Assembly: GCA_016871415.1 (NCBI GenBank)
Contig: VHDL01000013.1
Location: 31,725 to 55,724, forward strand
From: Verrucomicrobiota bacterium
GTDB taxonomy: Bacteria; Verrucomicrobiota; Verrucomicrobiia; Opitutales; UBA953
Direction: 5' to 3'
Length of the DNA stretch: 24,000 nucleotides
Shown: one piece after another, positions 8,112-16,422 of the stretch
Layout of the letters: each line of letters opens with the position of its first letter
How positions within the stretch are numbered: the stretch's first letter is position 1
Program-made: the position numbers and the translations under genes
Notes under the pieces: generated by a model
The model's input: only the letters and a program-made list of their open reading frames with translations
What the model was told of the DNA's origin: nothing
Databases searched by the model: none

Positions 8112-9170
8112 ATGCGGATCACCCGCATCCGCGCGGCTGACTTCCGCAACGTCACGTTTGCGGACGTCGACACGGACGCGCCGCGTGTCTTCCTGCTGGG
8201 GGAGAACGGACAGGGAAAGACGAACCTGCTCGAGGCCGCCGGCCTGGTCTCGGCGTTCCGGTCATTCCGCACGACGGAGATCGCTCCGCTCGTGCGCAAC
8301 GGTGCCAAGGAGGCGCGCCTGCGCATCGACGTCCGGGACGACGCCGGCACGACGTCGGCGGTCGAAGTGCGTCTGGCCAAAGGCTCGCGCACGGGACAGG
8401 TCGATGGCACGCCCGTCACCTCGGTTGCCGACCATCTCGGGAGGTTTCCCACGGTCGCTTTCTGCTCCGACGACCTCCGTCTCGTACGCGGTTCACCCTC
8501 CAACCGCAGACGGTGGCTGGACGCGGCAATCGGCGGCACGGATTCGGCCTACCTCGAGGCCGTGCGCACCTACCAGAAGGGCCTGGAAGGCCGCAACGCG
8601 CTCCTGAAGAATCCGGATCCGTCGGAAGAGGAGCTGCGGGCGTTTGAATCCGCGATGCTGCCCGCGGCCCGCCTCATCATCGAATCGCGCGCGCGGCAGC
8701 TGCCCGAGATCTGCGGGACGCTTCGTGACGTGGCCGGCCGCGCCGGTTTCACCGCCGCGGCGACCGTGCGGCATCGCCCTGACACCGCGGCCGACGAGCT
8801 TGAGGGCTGCTGGAAACGGATGCGTGCGGCAGAACTCGCCGCGGGCTCCACGCTCAAGGGACCTCACCGCGACGATTTCGAAGTCCTCTTCGACGGTCAC
8901 GACGCCGCGGACTACGCGAGCGAGGGACAGCAGAGGCTCATCGCCCTCGGACTCACGCTGGCGCGGGTCAGACGTGACGCCGCCCGGGCGCCCACCACCC
9001 CGGTCATCCTCGCCGATGACGTGCTGGGCGAACTGGATGACGTCCGAAGGTCGGCCTTCTGGAAGGAGATCGGAGAGGGGCATCAGGTCATCGCCACGGG
9101 CACGCGTCCGCCGCCCGGAAACGGCTGGTTGACCTACGAAGTGGCCTCCGGGGCCTATCGGAAGGGCTGA
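8112..9170 (+). CDS. recF: DNA replication and repair protein RecF
   Basis: MRITRIRAADFRNV...RVFLLGENGQGKTNLLEAAGLVSAFRSFRT (Walker A), FSPSNRRRWLDAAI-like segment, LKGPHRDDFEVLFDG, YASEGQQRLIALGLTLA, PVILADDVLGELDDVRR. Confidence 0.94.
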   Translation: MRITRIRAADFRNVTFADVDTDAPRVFLLGENGQGKTNLLEAAGLVSAFRSFRTTEIAPLVRNGAKEARLRIDVRDDAGTTSAVEVRLAKGSRTGQVDGTPVTSVADHLGRFPTVAFCSDDLRLVRGSPSNRRRWLDAAIGGTDSAYLEAVRTYQKGLEGRNALLKNPDPSEEELRAFESAMLPAARLIIESRARQLPEICGTLRDVAGRAGFTAAATVRHRPDTAADELEGCWKRMRAAELAAGSTLKGPHRDDFEVLFDGHDAADYASEGQQRLIALGLTLARVRRDAARAPTTPVILADDVLGELDDVRRSAFWKEIGEGHQVIATGTRPPPGNGWLTYEVASGAYRKG

Positions 9171-9213
9171 TTTTGGCGTTGTTTAAGGCTCCCATGGCCT
9201 CTTGGATGGGGGG

Positions 9214-9618
9214 ATGAAGGACTTCCTGCTCTACGCCTCCGTGGTGGCCCTCTTCGTGGTCTGCATCCTGGTGGTGCTCATCATCCTCATGCAGCGCCCG
9301 AGCGCCAACGCCGGCATGGGCGCAGCCCTGGGCGGCGGAGCGGCCGAAAGCGTCTTCGGAGGCGAATCCGCCAATGTACTCTCCAAGATGACCTCCGTGC
9401 TGACGGTCATCCTTTTCATCCTGAGTTTCGGCCTCTACCTCGGCTTCGTGGCCCGCGAAAAGAAGGCTCCTTCGGCCCTCGAAGCGGCGTCCACCGCCGC
9501 CCCGGCCGCCGCTCCTGCCGCTCCCGCTACGACCACCCCCGCCGCCGCGGCTCCCGCCGCTCCGGCGACTCCGGCCGCCCCGGCCGCACCTGCGGCCCCG
9601 GCTCCGGCCAAGAAGTGA
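9214..9618 (+). CDS. secG: Preprotein translocase subunit SecG with long Ala/Pro-rich C-terminal tail
   Basis: VVLIILMQRPSANAGMGAALGGGAAESVFGGESANVLSKMTSVLTVILFILSFGLYLGFVA; two TM helices and SecG loop. Confidence 0.9.
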   Translation: MKDFLLYASVVALFVVCILVVLIILMQRPSANAGMGAALGGGAAESVFGGESANVLSKMTSVLTVILFILSFGLYLGFVAREKKAPSALEAASTAAPAAAPAAPATTTPAAAAPAAPATPAAPAAPAAPAPAKK

Positions 9619-9621
9619 CCC

Positions 9622-10434
9622 GTGGGCGGAATGAGGCCGTTCAGCATCGCGCTGCGCTGGGCCCTCTGCCTCTCGCTCACGCCCCTCTTCGGTCAAGGGC
9701 GTGACGATCTACGCCTGCCGCAGCTCTCGGCAAGCGAAGCCGCGAGGACTCTGGACGACATCCGCAACTCCAGGCTAACCTCCGACGTCTGCTTCGGGTT
9801 CGAAGCCGTCCATCGTCCGCGGCGCGGCGATGCGTCCGCACCAGTCAAAGGCACGCTCTGGGCTTCCTCCCGCGGCGACGCCCACCTGCTGCGCATCGAG
9901 ATGCAGGATAGCGCGAACACCCGCATCCTGGCCCGCAAGTCGTCGTCCGGAAGCGAAGTCCTCGTCCACGCCGACGGCCGTCTCACACGGCCGACGGCAG
10001 GCTCCTTCACCCCGCTTTCCGCCGGCCTTCTCGTGAGCGCCTTCGACCTGCAGCTCCCCTTCACGCACTGGAAAGGGACGAAATACATGTCGACCGAACG
10101 CGGACGCCGTCCGATGCACGTCTTCAGCGCCCGACAGGAGGGGTTCGAGAGCGAGGTGACGTTCGGCGTCGACCGCGCCTACGGAGCAATCCTCGAGGCC
10201 AAGGTGAGGTCATCCGACGGCAGGCCGCTGCGCTCACTCGCGGTCGAGGACTTCGCCAAGGCGGGGGACCAATGGGTGCTGGGAACCTGCAGCGTGCGGG
10301 ATGAGGCGAGCCGCGACACCGACCTGCTCAAGTTCACCGAGGCCGCGCTCGGACTGCGCTTCGGCGACGATGTCTTCACCGAAGCCTCGCTTTCCCGGCC
10401 TGCGGAAAAACCGGCGTGCTTCAGACCGCTCTGA
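9622..10434 (+). CDS. Secreted LolA-like / outer-membrane lipoprotein-sorting-like protein
   Basis: N-terminal signal (ALRWALCLSLTPLFGQG) followed by beta-rich FEAVHRPRRGDASAPVKGTLWASSRGDAHLLRIEM...VEDFAKAGDQWVLGTCSVRDEASRDTDLLKF. Fold assignment is tentative. ATG may be 9622 or 9631. Confidence 0.6.
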   Translation: MGGMRPFSIALRWALCLSLTPLFGQGRDDLRLPQLSASEAARTLDDIRNSRLTSDVCFGFEAVHRPRRGDASAPVKGTLWASSRGDAHLLRIEMQDSANTRILARKSSSGSEVLVHADGRLTRPTAGSFTPLSAGLLVSAFDLQLPFTHWKGTKYMSTERGRRPMHVFSARQEGFESEVTFGVDRAYGAILEAKVRSSDGRPLRSLAVEDFAKAGDQWVLGTCSVRDEASRDTDLLKFTEAALGLRFGDDVFTEASLSRPAEKPACFRPL

Positions 10435-10436
10435 CC

Positions 10437-11192
10437 ATGCCGGCTTCCCTCGGAGACATCACCCGGTTCTGCGACGCCCTCACCAATCGGCGTGAGATTC
10501 CCGACTTCCCCGACGCCCACAACGGATTGCAGCACCGGGGCAAGGAACGTATCCGCAAGGTGGGTGCGGCAGTGGACGCCGGCACGGAAGTGTTTAAGGC
10601 CGCCGCCCGACGCGGAATCGACTTCCTCATCGTGCACCATGGCATGCGCTGGAAGCCCGTCTCGCCCGCCCGGGTGGTCGCTAGGTCGCGCCAGGCGGCG
10701 CTGCGCAAGCACGGGCTTTCCCTCTACTCCAGCCACCTCCCGCTCGACGCCCATCCGGTCATCGGCAATAACGCGCTCATCGCCGCCGACCTGGGACTCC
10801 GGGTGATCGACTGGTTCGTGGATTACGAGGGCCTGCCCATCGCCTGCGTCTGCCGGGGCGTCCCCCGCACGACGCTGCGTCGCCGGCTCAAGTCATCCTA
10901 CCAGGACACCTTCAAGGCCATCGAATTCGGCTCCGCCAGACCCGCCCGCATCGCGATTCTCAGCGGCAGCGGACGCAGTGCCCTGCCCCTCCTCCGGGCC
11001 GCCGGTTGTGACACGCTCATCACCGGGGAACTCCGCGAAGAGCACTTCAACGAGGCCCAGGAACAGGGCTGGAATCTCTACCCCTGCGGTCATTACGCCA
11101 CCGAAACGTGGGGCGTGAAGGCCCTCGCGGCCGCGGTCTCGGCCGAGTTTGGCGTGCCCTGGGAATTCGTCGGCACGGGCAACCCGCTCTGA
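10437..11192 (+). CDS. Nif3-like dinuclear metal center protein
   Basis: DAHNGLQHRG...KVGAAVDAGTEVFKAAARRGIDFLIVHHGMRW, LSLYSSHLPLDAHPVIGNN, CDTLITGELREEHFNEAQEQGWNLYPCGHYATETWGVKALAAAVSAEFGVPWEFV. Confidence 0.92.
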   Translation: MPASLGDITRFCDALTNRREIPDFPDAHNGLQHRGKERIRKVGAAVDAGTEVFKAAARRGIDFLIVHHGMRWKPVSPARVVARSRQAALRKHGLSLYSSHLPLDAHPVIGNNALIAADLGLRVIDWFVDYEGLPIACVCRGVPRTTLRRRLKSSYQDTFKAIEFGSARPARIAILSGSGRSALPLLRAAGCDTLITGELREEHFNEAQEQGWNLYPCGHYATETWGVKALAAAVSAEFGVPWEFVGTGNPL

Positions 11193-11196
11193 GCGC

Positions 11197-12063
11197 ATGG
11201 CGGCCTACCGCGGACGTCTCGCGCCTACCCCCACGGGACTGATGCACGTGGGCCATGCGCGCACCTTCGCCCTCGCGGCCCGTCGGGCGGAAGCGGCGGG
11301 AGGCGCGCTCATCATGCGCATCGAGGATCTGGACGGCTCACGCTGCCGACCTGAGTTCTCCGAAGCGGCGCTCGAAGACCTCCGTTGGCTGGGGCTCGCG
11401 TGGCAGGAAGGTCCCGACGTGGGCGGAGCGCGAGCACCCTACGTCCAATCCCAGCGCATGCCATGGTTCGCCGAGGTCTGGCGCAGGCTGCACGCGTCGG
11501 GCGCCATCTACCCGTGCGACAAATCCCGGATGGACGTAGAACGCGCGCTGTCCGCGCCGCATGCAGAGGACGACGCGGAGCCAATGTTCCCCGCGTCGCT
11601 GCGCCCTGCCTCGGATGCCGGCCGCGACGCCCTCAATCCAGGCTCGACCAACTGGAGATTCCGCGTGCCGGACGGCGGGATTATCGGGTTCATGGACGCC
11701 ATCCGGGGAGCGCAACGCTTCACCGCCGGAACCGACTTCGGCGACTTCCTCATCTGGCGCAAGGACGGCATGCCGGCCTACGAACTTTCCGTGGTGGCGG
11801 ACGACCACGCCATGGGCGTGACCGAGGTCGTCCGGGGCGCAGACCTCCTGCTTTCGACTGCACGACAGCTGCTGCTCTTCCAAGCCCTCGGCTGGGCTGC
11901 TCCCGCATGGGCCCACGCACCGCTCATCACGGACGCTTCAGGGAGGCGCCTTGCGAAGCGCACGGCCGGACTGTCAATCAGAGAGCTCAGAAGCAGGGGT
12001 TTCAGTCCTGAAGCGGTGCTGAACGAAGACCTGGCCCGACTGGCCGACAGGTCAGGAACCTGA
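11197..12063 (+). CDS. gluQ: Glutamyl-Q tRNA(Asp) synthetase
   Basis: RGRLAPTPTGLMHVGHARTFALAARRAEAAGGALIMRIEDLDGSRCRPEF, DFLIWRKDGMPAYELSVVADDHAMGVTEVVRGADLLLSTARQLLL, and GRRLAKRT (KMSKS-type); lacks the anticodon-binding domain of GltX. Confidence 0.9.
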   Translation: MAAYRGRLAPTPTGLMHVGHARTFALAARRAEAAGGALIMRIEDLDGSRCRPEFSEAALEDLRWLGLAWQEGPDVGGARAPYVQSQRMPWFAEVWRRLHASGAIYPCDKSRMDVERALSAPHAEDDAEPMFPASLRPASDAGRDALNPGSTNWRFRVPDGGIIGFMDAIRGAQRFTAGTDFGDFLIWRKDGMPAYELSVVADDHAMGVTEVVRGADLLLSTARQLLLFQALGWAAPAWAHAPLITDASGRRLAKRTAGLSIRELRSRGFSPEAVLNEDLARLADRSGT

Positions 12064-12864
12064 ATTGGTGGACGACGGAGTAGGCTTGGCACCAGGAGCC
12101 TTCGCAGGCCCTTTCTGGATCCGCTCGCGGATCGACTTGAAAGCGTTGACGAGCTTCTCATCGCCGGCCGCCTCCCGGATGGCCTGGTCGGCCCACTTCA
12201 GCGCACGCTCCTTGTTGGCGGGATCGATTCCCTGGGAGGCCAACGCCTTGTTGATCGAGGCGATACCGGGGCGGCCGCTGTGCAGCTCGTCGTAGAGCCG
12301 GCATACCTCCTCGAAATCCTTCTGCTTGATAGCCGCGTTGATCTTGGCCGTGTGTTCGGCGCGCTTCTTCCTGTCCTCCGCCGCGGCCTTGGCTTCAGCC
12401 GAGGCCTTCTCGCGTCCCTCGGGCGTGTTGACGAAGGCGGAAAGCCTGGCGAGGTAGTCCTTGGGGCCGGAGCCCGGCGAATAGCCGCTGACCCGGCCGT
12501 AGGCGTCGCCCGACTGGGCATCCATCAGCAAGACGGTGGGAAAGCCGCGGACGTCGAACTTCGCCTGGATCTCACGGTTCCTGGCCTTCACCTCGGGCGG
12601 CTGCGGCTTCTTGTTCGGGTAGTCGAGTTCGACCAGAACGTAGTTCTTGGCGAAGTCCTTGAACTCCTTGGTCGTGAAAACCTCGTCACGGAGCTTGATG
12701 CAGAAGCCGCACCAGTCACTGCCCGTGAAATCGATGAGGATGGCCTTCTTCTCCCTGACGGCCACTTTGCGCGCCTCGTCGAGATCGGTCAGCCAGCCTT
12801 CGGCGGCAGGAAGGGCGATGGCAGAGAGGACGAGAGCCGCCAGTAAAGGCAGGTGTGGGGTCAT
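12052..12864 (-). CDS. Secreted thioredoxin-family protein (paralog 1)
   Basis: MTPHLPLLAALVLSAIALPAAEGWLTDLDEARKVAVREKKAILIDFTGSDWCGFCIKLRDEVFTTKEFKDFAKNYVLVELDYPNKK...FDVRGFPTVLLMDAQSG; WCGFC active site and cis-Pro loop. Confidence 0.88.
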   Translation of the reverse strand: MTPHLPLLAALVLSAIALPAAEGWLTDLDEARKVAVREKKAILIDFTGSDWCGFCIKLRDEVFTTKEFKDFAKNYVLVELDYPNKKPQPPEVKARNREIQAKFDVRGFPTVLLMDAQSGDAYGRVSGYSPGSGPKDYLARLSAFVNTPEGREKASAEAKAAAEDRKKRAEHTAKINAAIKQKDFEEVCRLYDELHSGRPGIASINKALASQGIDPANKERALKWADQAIREAAGDEKLVNAFKSIRERIQKGPAKAPGAKPTPSSTNSGS

Positions 12865-12912
12865 GCGATAAACCTTGCCCACATGGACCCCGGGGGCAAC
12901 ACCTGTGATGGC

Positions 12913-13733
12913 TCAGGCCCCCTTGTCCGCCTTGGCCTTGGGTTCCGGCTTCGCCTTCTCGAGTTTTCGAGCCGGGGAAATCCTTCGGGCCATCTCCAGC
13001 ACGGCCTTGGACAGGTCGGCTTCACCCTCGGCCTCCAGCAAGGCCTGCTGCAGAAGCTTCCAGGTGCGATCCATGGCCTTGGGGTCGATGCGATGCGAAA
13101 GAATGGCCTTGTTGAGGGTGCTCAGGGCCAGCTGAGGAGGCTTCACGCCCTTATAGATGACGTCGATGACGGCGACGGCGGCGGGGAAGTCACGCGCCTT
13201 GATGGCCGCCGAGATCATCCGTTCTTTGGTGCGGATCCCCTCCAGCTTGGCAGCCTGCACGCGTTCCTCCTGCTTCCGCTGGGCCTGGTCCGCGGGAGTG
13301 TTCCGGAAGGCGGAAAGCTCAGCCACATAGGCCTGCGCACCCTTGCCCCCGTAGCCTGTGACGCGTCCTAACTCCTCGGAAGACTTGCCGTCGACCATCA
13401 CCACGGTCGGATACGACGTCACGGCGAAGGCCGAAGCGGTTGCCTTGTTGCGGACGATCGCCTCCTCGGACAGCTTGGTCTTCCTCGGGAAACAATCTTC
13501 ACAAGCACGAAGCGTTTCGCGTAACGCGGGAAACCTTACGTGTCCAGGACCTGCTTGCGCAGGGCGAAGCAGGCTGGACTCCAGTCACTGCCGGCGAACT
13601 CGATAAGGATGTCCTTGCGGTCCCTGGCGGCCTCCTTCCGCGCGGTCTCCAGATTGGTGTGCCACGTGTCCGCGGCCGGAGCCGAGGCATGCAGGCTGAG
13701 GAATGCCAGCAAAATGGAGACCGAACGAATCAC
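12913..13733 (-). pseudogene. Secreted thioredoxin-family protein (paralog 2), apparently disrupted by a nonsense codon and a frameshift
   Basis: GTG at 13733-13731: IRSVSILLAFLSLHASAPAADTWHTNLETARKEAARDRKDILIEFAGSDWSPACFALRKQVLDT* (TAA at 13538-13536), in-frame continuation GFPRYAKRFVLVK, then homology moves frame near 13498: DCFPRKTKLSEEAIVRNKATASAFAVTSYPTVVMVDGKSSEELGRVTGYGG...; first catalytic Cys position is Ser. Confidence 0.85.
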
Positions 13734-14527
13734 TTGCCTTCCGTTTTGCGGCTGGCGGCCTGCTCGATGCGTTCGCGCATGGCCTTGAGGCGGGGAAGAA
13801 GGGGTGAATCGCCCGCTTCGACGATGATTTCGTCCGTGGCCTTGAGAAGCGCAGCGAAGTCGCCCGGTTTGCAACGGGCGATGACGCCGATCCGGTATTG
13901 GGCTAGGATGCTCAAGCGCAACTCCCCCTTGGCGCCGGACTCCTTGAGGACCTTCTCGATGGCGGCCTCGGCAGCCGCGAGGTCCTTCTTATCGACCGGA
14001 CCGGCGATGGCCTCCTCCACCTTCTCCCCGAGCTCCTCGGCGCGGCTCTCGGCCTCGAGCTCGTCACGGAAGGCCTTCGCGCCCTCGGGATTGTTGCGCT
14101 TGAGCGCCTCCTTAAGCGATTCGACGTACTTGACGGGACCTCCCGGCTCATAGCCCATCTTGGCGAAAGGCTGGCCCTCCTTGTTCATCAGCAGGATGGT
14201 CGGAAACCCACGGATGGCGAACTGCTTGGCCAGCGCCTCGTTCTTCTCCTTCTGCGCCGCGGGCAGCTTCTTGGTGCGAGGGAAATCGAGCTCGACCAGC
14301 ACGTAATGCTTGGACGCCTCCTTGAACTCCGGCTTGTCGAAGACCTCCTCACGGAGGCGGATGCACCAACCGCACCAGTCACTGCCGGTGAAGTCGACCA
14401 GGATGGCCTTGTTCTCCTTGGCGGCGAGCTTCTTGGCCTCATCGAGGTCAGTCAGCCAACCCTCGGCGGCGGTGAGCGAGGCTGCGGTCAGGACGAACGC
14501 CAGCAGGGTACGGAACAACGGGGTCAT
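13730..14527 (-). CDS. Secreted thioredoxin-family protein (paralog 3)
   Basis: MTPLFRTLLAFVLTAASLTAAEGWLTDLDEAKKLAAKENKAILVDFTGSDWCGWCIRLREEVFDKPEFKEASKHYVLVELDFPRTKKL...FAIRGFPTILLMNKEGQ. GTGA overlap with paralog 2. Confidence 0.9.
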   Translation of the reverse strand: MTPLFRTLLAFVLTAASLTAAEGWLTDLDEAKKLAAKENKAILVDFTGSDWCGWCIRLREEVFDKPEFKEASKHYVLVELDFPRTKKLPAAQKEKNEALAKQFAIRGFPTILLMNKEGQPFAKMGYEPGGPVKYVESLKEALKRNNPEGAKAFRDELEAESRAEELGEKVEEAIAGPVDKKDLAAAEAAIEKVLKESGAKGELRLSILAQYRIGVIARCKPGDFAALLKATDEIIVEAGDSPLLPRLKAMRERIEQAASRKTEGK

Positions 14528-14617
14528 GATCCATAGGATGCCCCGCCCGCCCCCGGCAGGCAATATGCAAAGGGACATGTCGGTTGCAAAGGACCCCCGT
14601 CCCCGCAAGAAAAAATC

Positions 14618-15589
14618 ATGTCCAAGAGACGCGCACTGCTGGTCGACAACGGCTCCCTGGAGCCGGCGGCCACGCTCGCGCTCCGCGATCTGGCCGAGCT
14701 GATCAACGCGGGTCGCAAGGAGAAGGTGCTGCCTGTCTCCGTCTTGCATTCGAACAAAGTCGACCCCGCCCTGCTCCGCGGCGAGCCCGCAGTCATCTTC
14801 GAGCAAGCCGTCCGACAGGCTGGGTCCGACGGCGTGGAGGAGCTGCTCGTGCTTCCCCTGTTCATCGGTCCGAGCCGCGCCGTCACGGAATTCATCCCCA
14901 AGGTCTTCGCGGAGAACGCCAAGGCCGGGATGCGGCTCAAAGTTCTCCCCACGCTGTTCGATGAGGACGGCGCTGATCTGGCGTGTATCCTCGAGGAGAA
15001 TCTCAGGGCCACGGGATGGAAGAAGGGCTCCGGCACGGTGTTGCTCTGCGACCATGGTTCGCCGGTGAAAGCGGTGACGGAATGCCGGAACCGACTGGCC
15101 GAGGCCCTGCGTAAGGAGCTCAAGCTGAGTCCGAACCAGCTGATCGCCTGCTCGATGGAGCGAAGCGAGGGGGCGGAGTATGACTTCAACGAGCCCTTGC
15201 TCGAGCGCGCGATTCAGCACGCGGAGGGCGAGGCCGTGATCCTGATGATGTTCCTGCTGCCGGGGCGTCACGCAGGGCCCGACGGAGACGTGGCCGCCAT
15301 CGCCAAGGAATGCGCGCCCGCCGGCGTGCGTTGGAAACTCAGCCCGCTCATCAGCTCCCACGACATGCTGGCGGCCGTCCTGGGTATGAAGCTCGACCAC
15401 GTGCCACTGCCCAAGAACCAGGCCGTGATTGCCGGCTACCTGCTCGTGGGCGGCCTGCTGCTGATGCCCTGGGCGCTGCAATACGTCCTTCCGGGCTGGC
15501 TCCAGAACAAGATCTGGCGCGTGCTCATCACGCTCGCGGTCCTGATCCCAGCCTTCTTTTATTGGGCCCGCCGACCTCGGAAGGCCTGA
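14618..15589 (+). CDS. CbiX/SirB-like sirohydrochlorin chelatase-family protein, two domains plus C-terminal transmembrane segment
   Basis: Two half-domains: RALLVDNGSLEPAATLALRDLAELI and TVLLCDHGSPVKAVTECRNRLAEAL...AVILMMFLLPGRHAGPDGDVAAIAKECAP; tail VIAGYLLVGGLLLMPWALQYVLPGWLQNKIWRVLITLAVLIPAFFYWARRPRKA. Next to a uroporphyrinogen-III methyltransferase gene. Confidence 0.78.
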   Translation: MSKRRALLVDNGSLEPAATLALRDLAELINAGRKEKVLPVSVLHSNKVDPALLRGEPAVIFEQAVRQAGSDGVEELLVLPLFIGPSRAVTEFIPKVFAENAKAGMRLKVLPTLFDEDGADLACILEENLRATGWKKGSGTVLLCDHGSPVKAVTECRNRLAEALRKELKLSPNQLIACSMERSEGAEYDFNEPLLERAIQHAEGEAVILMMFLLPGRHAGPDGDVAAIAKECAPAGVRWKLSPLISSHDMLAAVLGMKLDHVPLPKNQAVIAGYLLVGGLLLMPWALQYVLPGWLQNKIWRVLITLAVLIPAFFYWARRPRKA

Positions 15590-15595
15590 CGACGT

Positions 15596-16363
15596 TCAGG
15601 CCCTGGCCGCGACGCGCGCCAGCAGCCCGACGCCACGAAGGGGAGCGACCACCGCACCGATGACCGCGATGAGCGGGGTCGGGAGCGAGGAGGTGTCGAG
15701 TGAGCCGTCAGCCAATTCCCCCAGCGTTGTCAGCACGTCGGAGGAACCGGGCTGTGAGACCTTGGAGAGCAGACGCACGGGCAGGGATGCTTCGGCTCCG
15801 GCCTCCAGGATGCGACCCGCCGCACGGGGCAACGACTTGGCGCCCATGTAGAGGCAGAGGGTGGCACCCGTTCCCACATGAGCCTTCCAGTCAGGTTCAG
15901 ATCCGTCGGCGCAATGTCCGGTGAGGAAGGTGACTGCCTGCGCGACGCCCCGATGCGTGAGCGGGAAGCAGGCGTCGGCCGCCGCGGCGGTGGCGGCAGT
16001 GACTCCGGGAACGACCTCGAAGGGGATGCCGAGCGCGGCGAGATGGTCCATCTCCTCGCCAAGTCGACCGAAGACGCCGGGATCACCGCCCTTGAGACGA
16101 ACGATGAGACCGCCCGAAAGGGCTTCACGTGCAAGCAATGCGTTGATCTCGTCCTGCGTCATCGAGTGCCGACCGCAGCGCTTGCCGACGGCCACCAGAC
16201 GGGCGTCAGATCGGGCTTCCGCGAGCAATGCGTCTCCTGGCAGCGAATCATGGATGACCGTGTCTGCCGACTGCAGGAGCTTCAGACCACGGACGGTGAT
16301 GAGGTCGGCAGCCCCAGGCCCCGCCCCCACGAACACCACCCGACTGAAGTTGGAATTTACCAT
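15596..16363 (-). CDS. cobA: Uroporphyrinogen-III C-methyltransferase (SUMT)
   Basis: VVFVGAGPGAADLITVRGLKLLQSADTVIHDSL...VGKRCGRHSMTQDEINALLAREA..GGLIVRLKGGDPGVFGRLGEEMDHLAALGIPFEVVPGVTAATAAAADACFPLTHR. Confidence 0.94.
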   Translation of the reverse strand: MVNSNFSRVVFVGAGPGAADLITVRGLKLLQSADTVIHDSLPGDALLAEARSDARLVAVGKRCGRHSMTQDEINALLAREALSGGLIVRLKGGDPGVFGRLGEEMDHLAALGIPFEVVPGVTAATAAAADACFPLTHRGVAQAVTFLTGHCADGSEPDWKAHVGTGATLCLYMGAKSLPRAAGRILEAGAEASLPVRLLSKVSQPGSSDVLTTLGELADGSLDTSSLPTPLIAVIGAVVAPLRGVGLLARVAARA

Positions 16364-16371
16364 TTATTTAA

Positions 16372-16411
16372 ACTTGACCTTATCTTGTAATCTTTGGTAA
16401 GGTTATCAAGT
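16372..16411. promoter_or_regulatory. AT-rich divergent intergenic region with imperfect inverted repeat, candidate operator/promoter region
   Basis: ACTTGACCTTA (16372-16382) against TAAGGTTATCAAGT (16398-16411), whose reverse complement is ACTTGATAACCTTA; lies between the divergent cobA-type and cysI starts. Confidence 0.45.
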
Positions 16412-16422
16412 ATTAAATCACC

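Noticed and set aside
8493-9132. ORFs on both strands overlapping recF (minus 8493..9083, plus 8644..9132)
   Set aside because: Shadow ORFs of high-GC coding sequence; recF frame carries Walker A and downstream conserved motifs.
13730-15481. 583-aa minus-strand ORF
   Set aside because: Only the part downstream of the ATG at 14527 resembles a real protein (signal peptide plus thioredoxin fold); the N-terminal extension is antisense to the CbiX-like gene.
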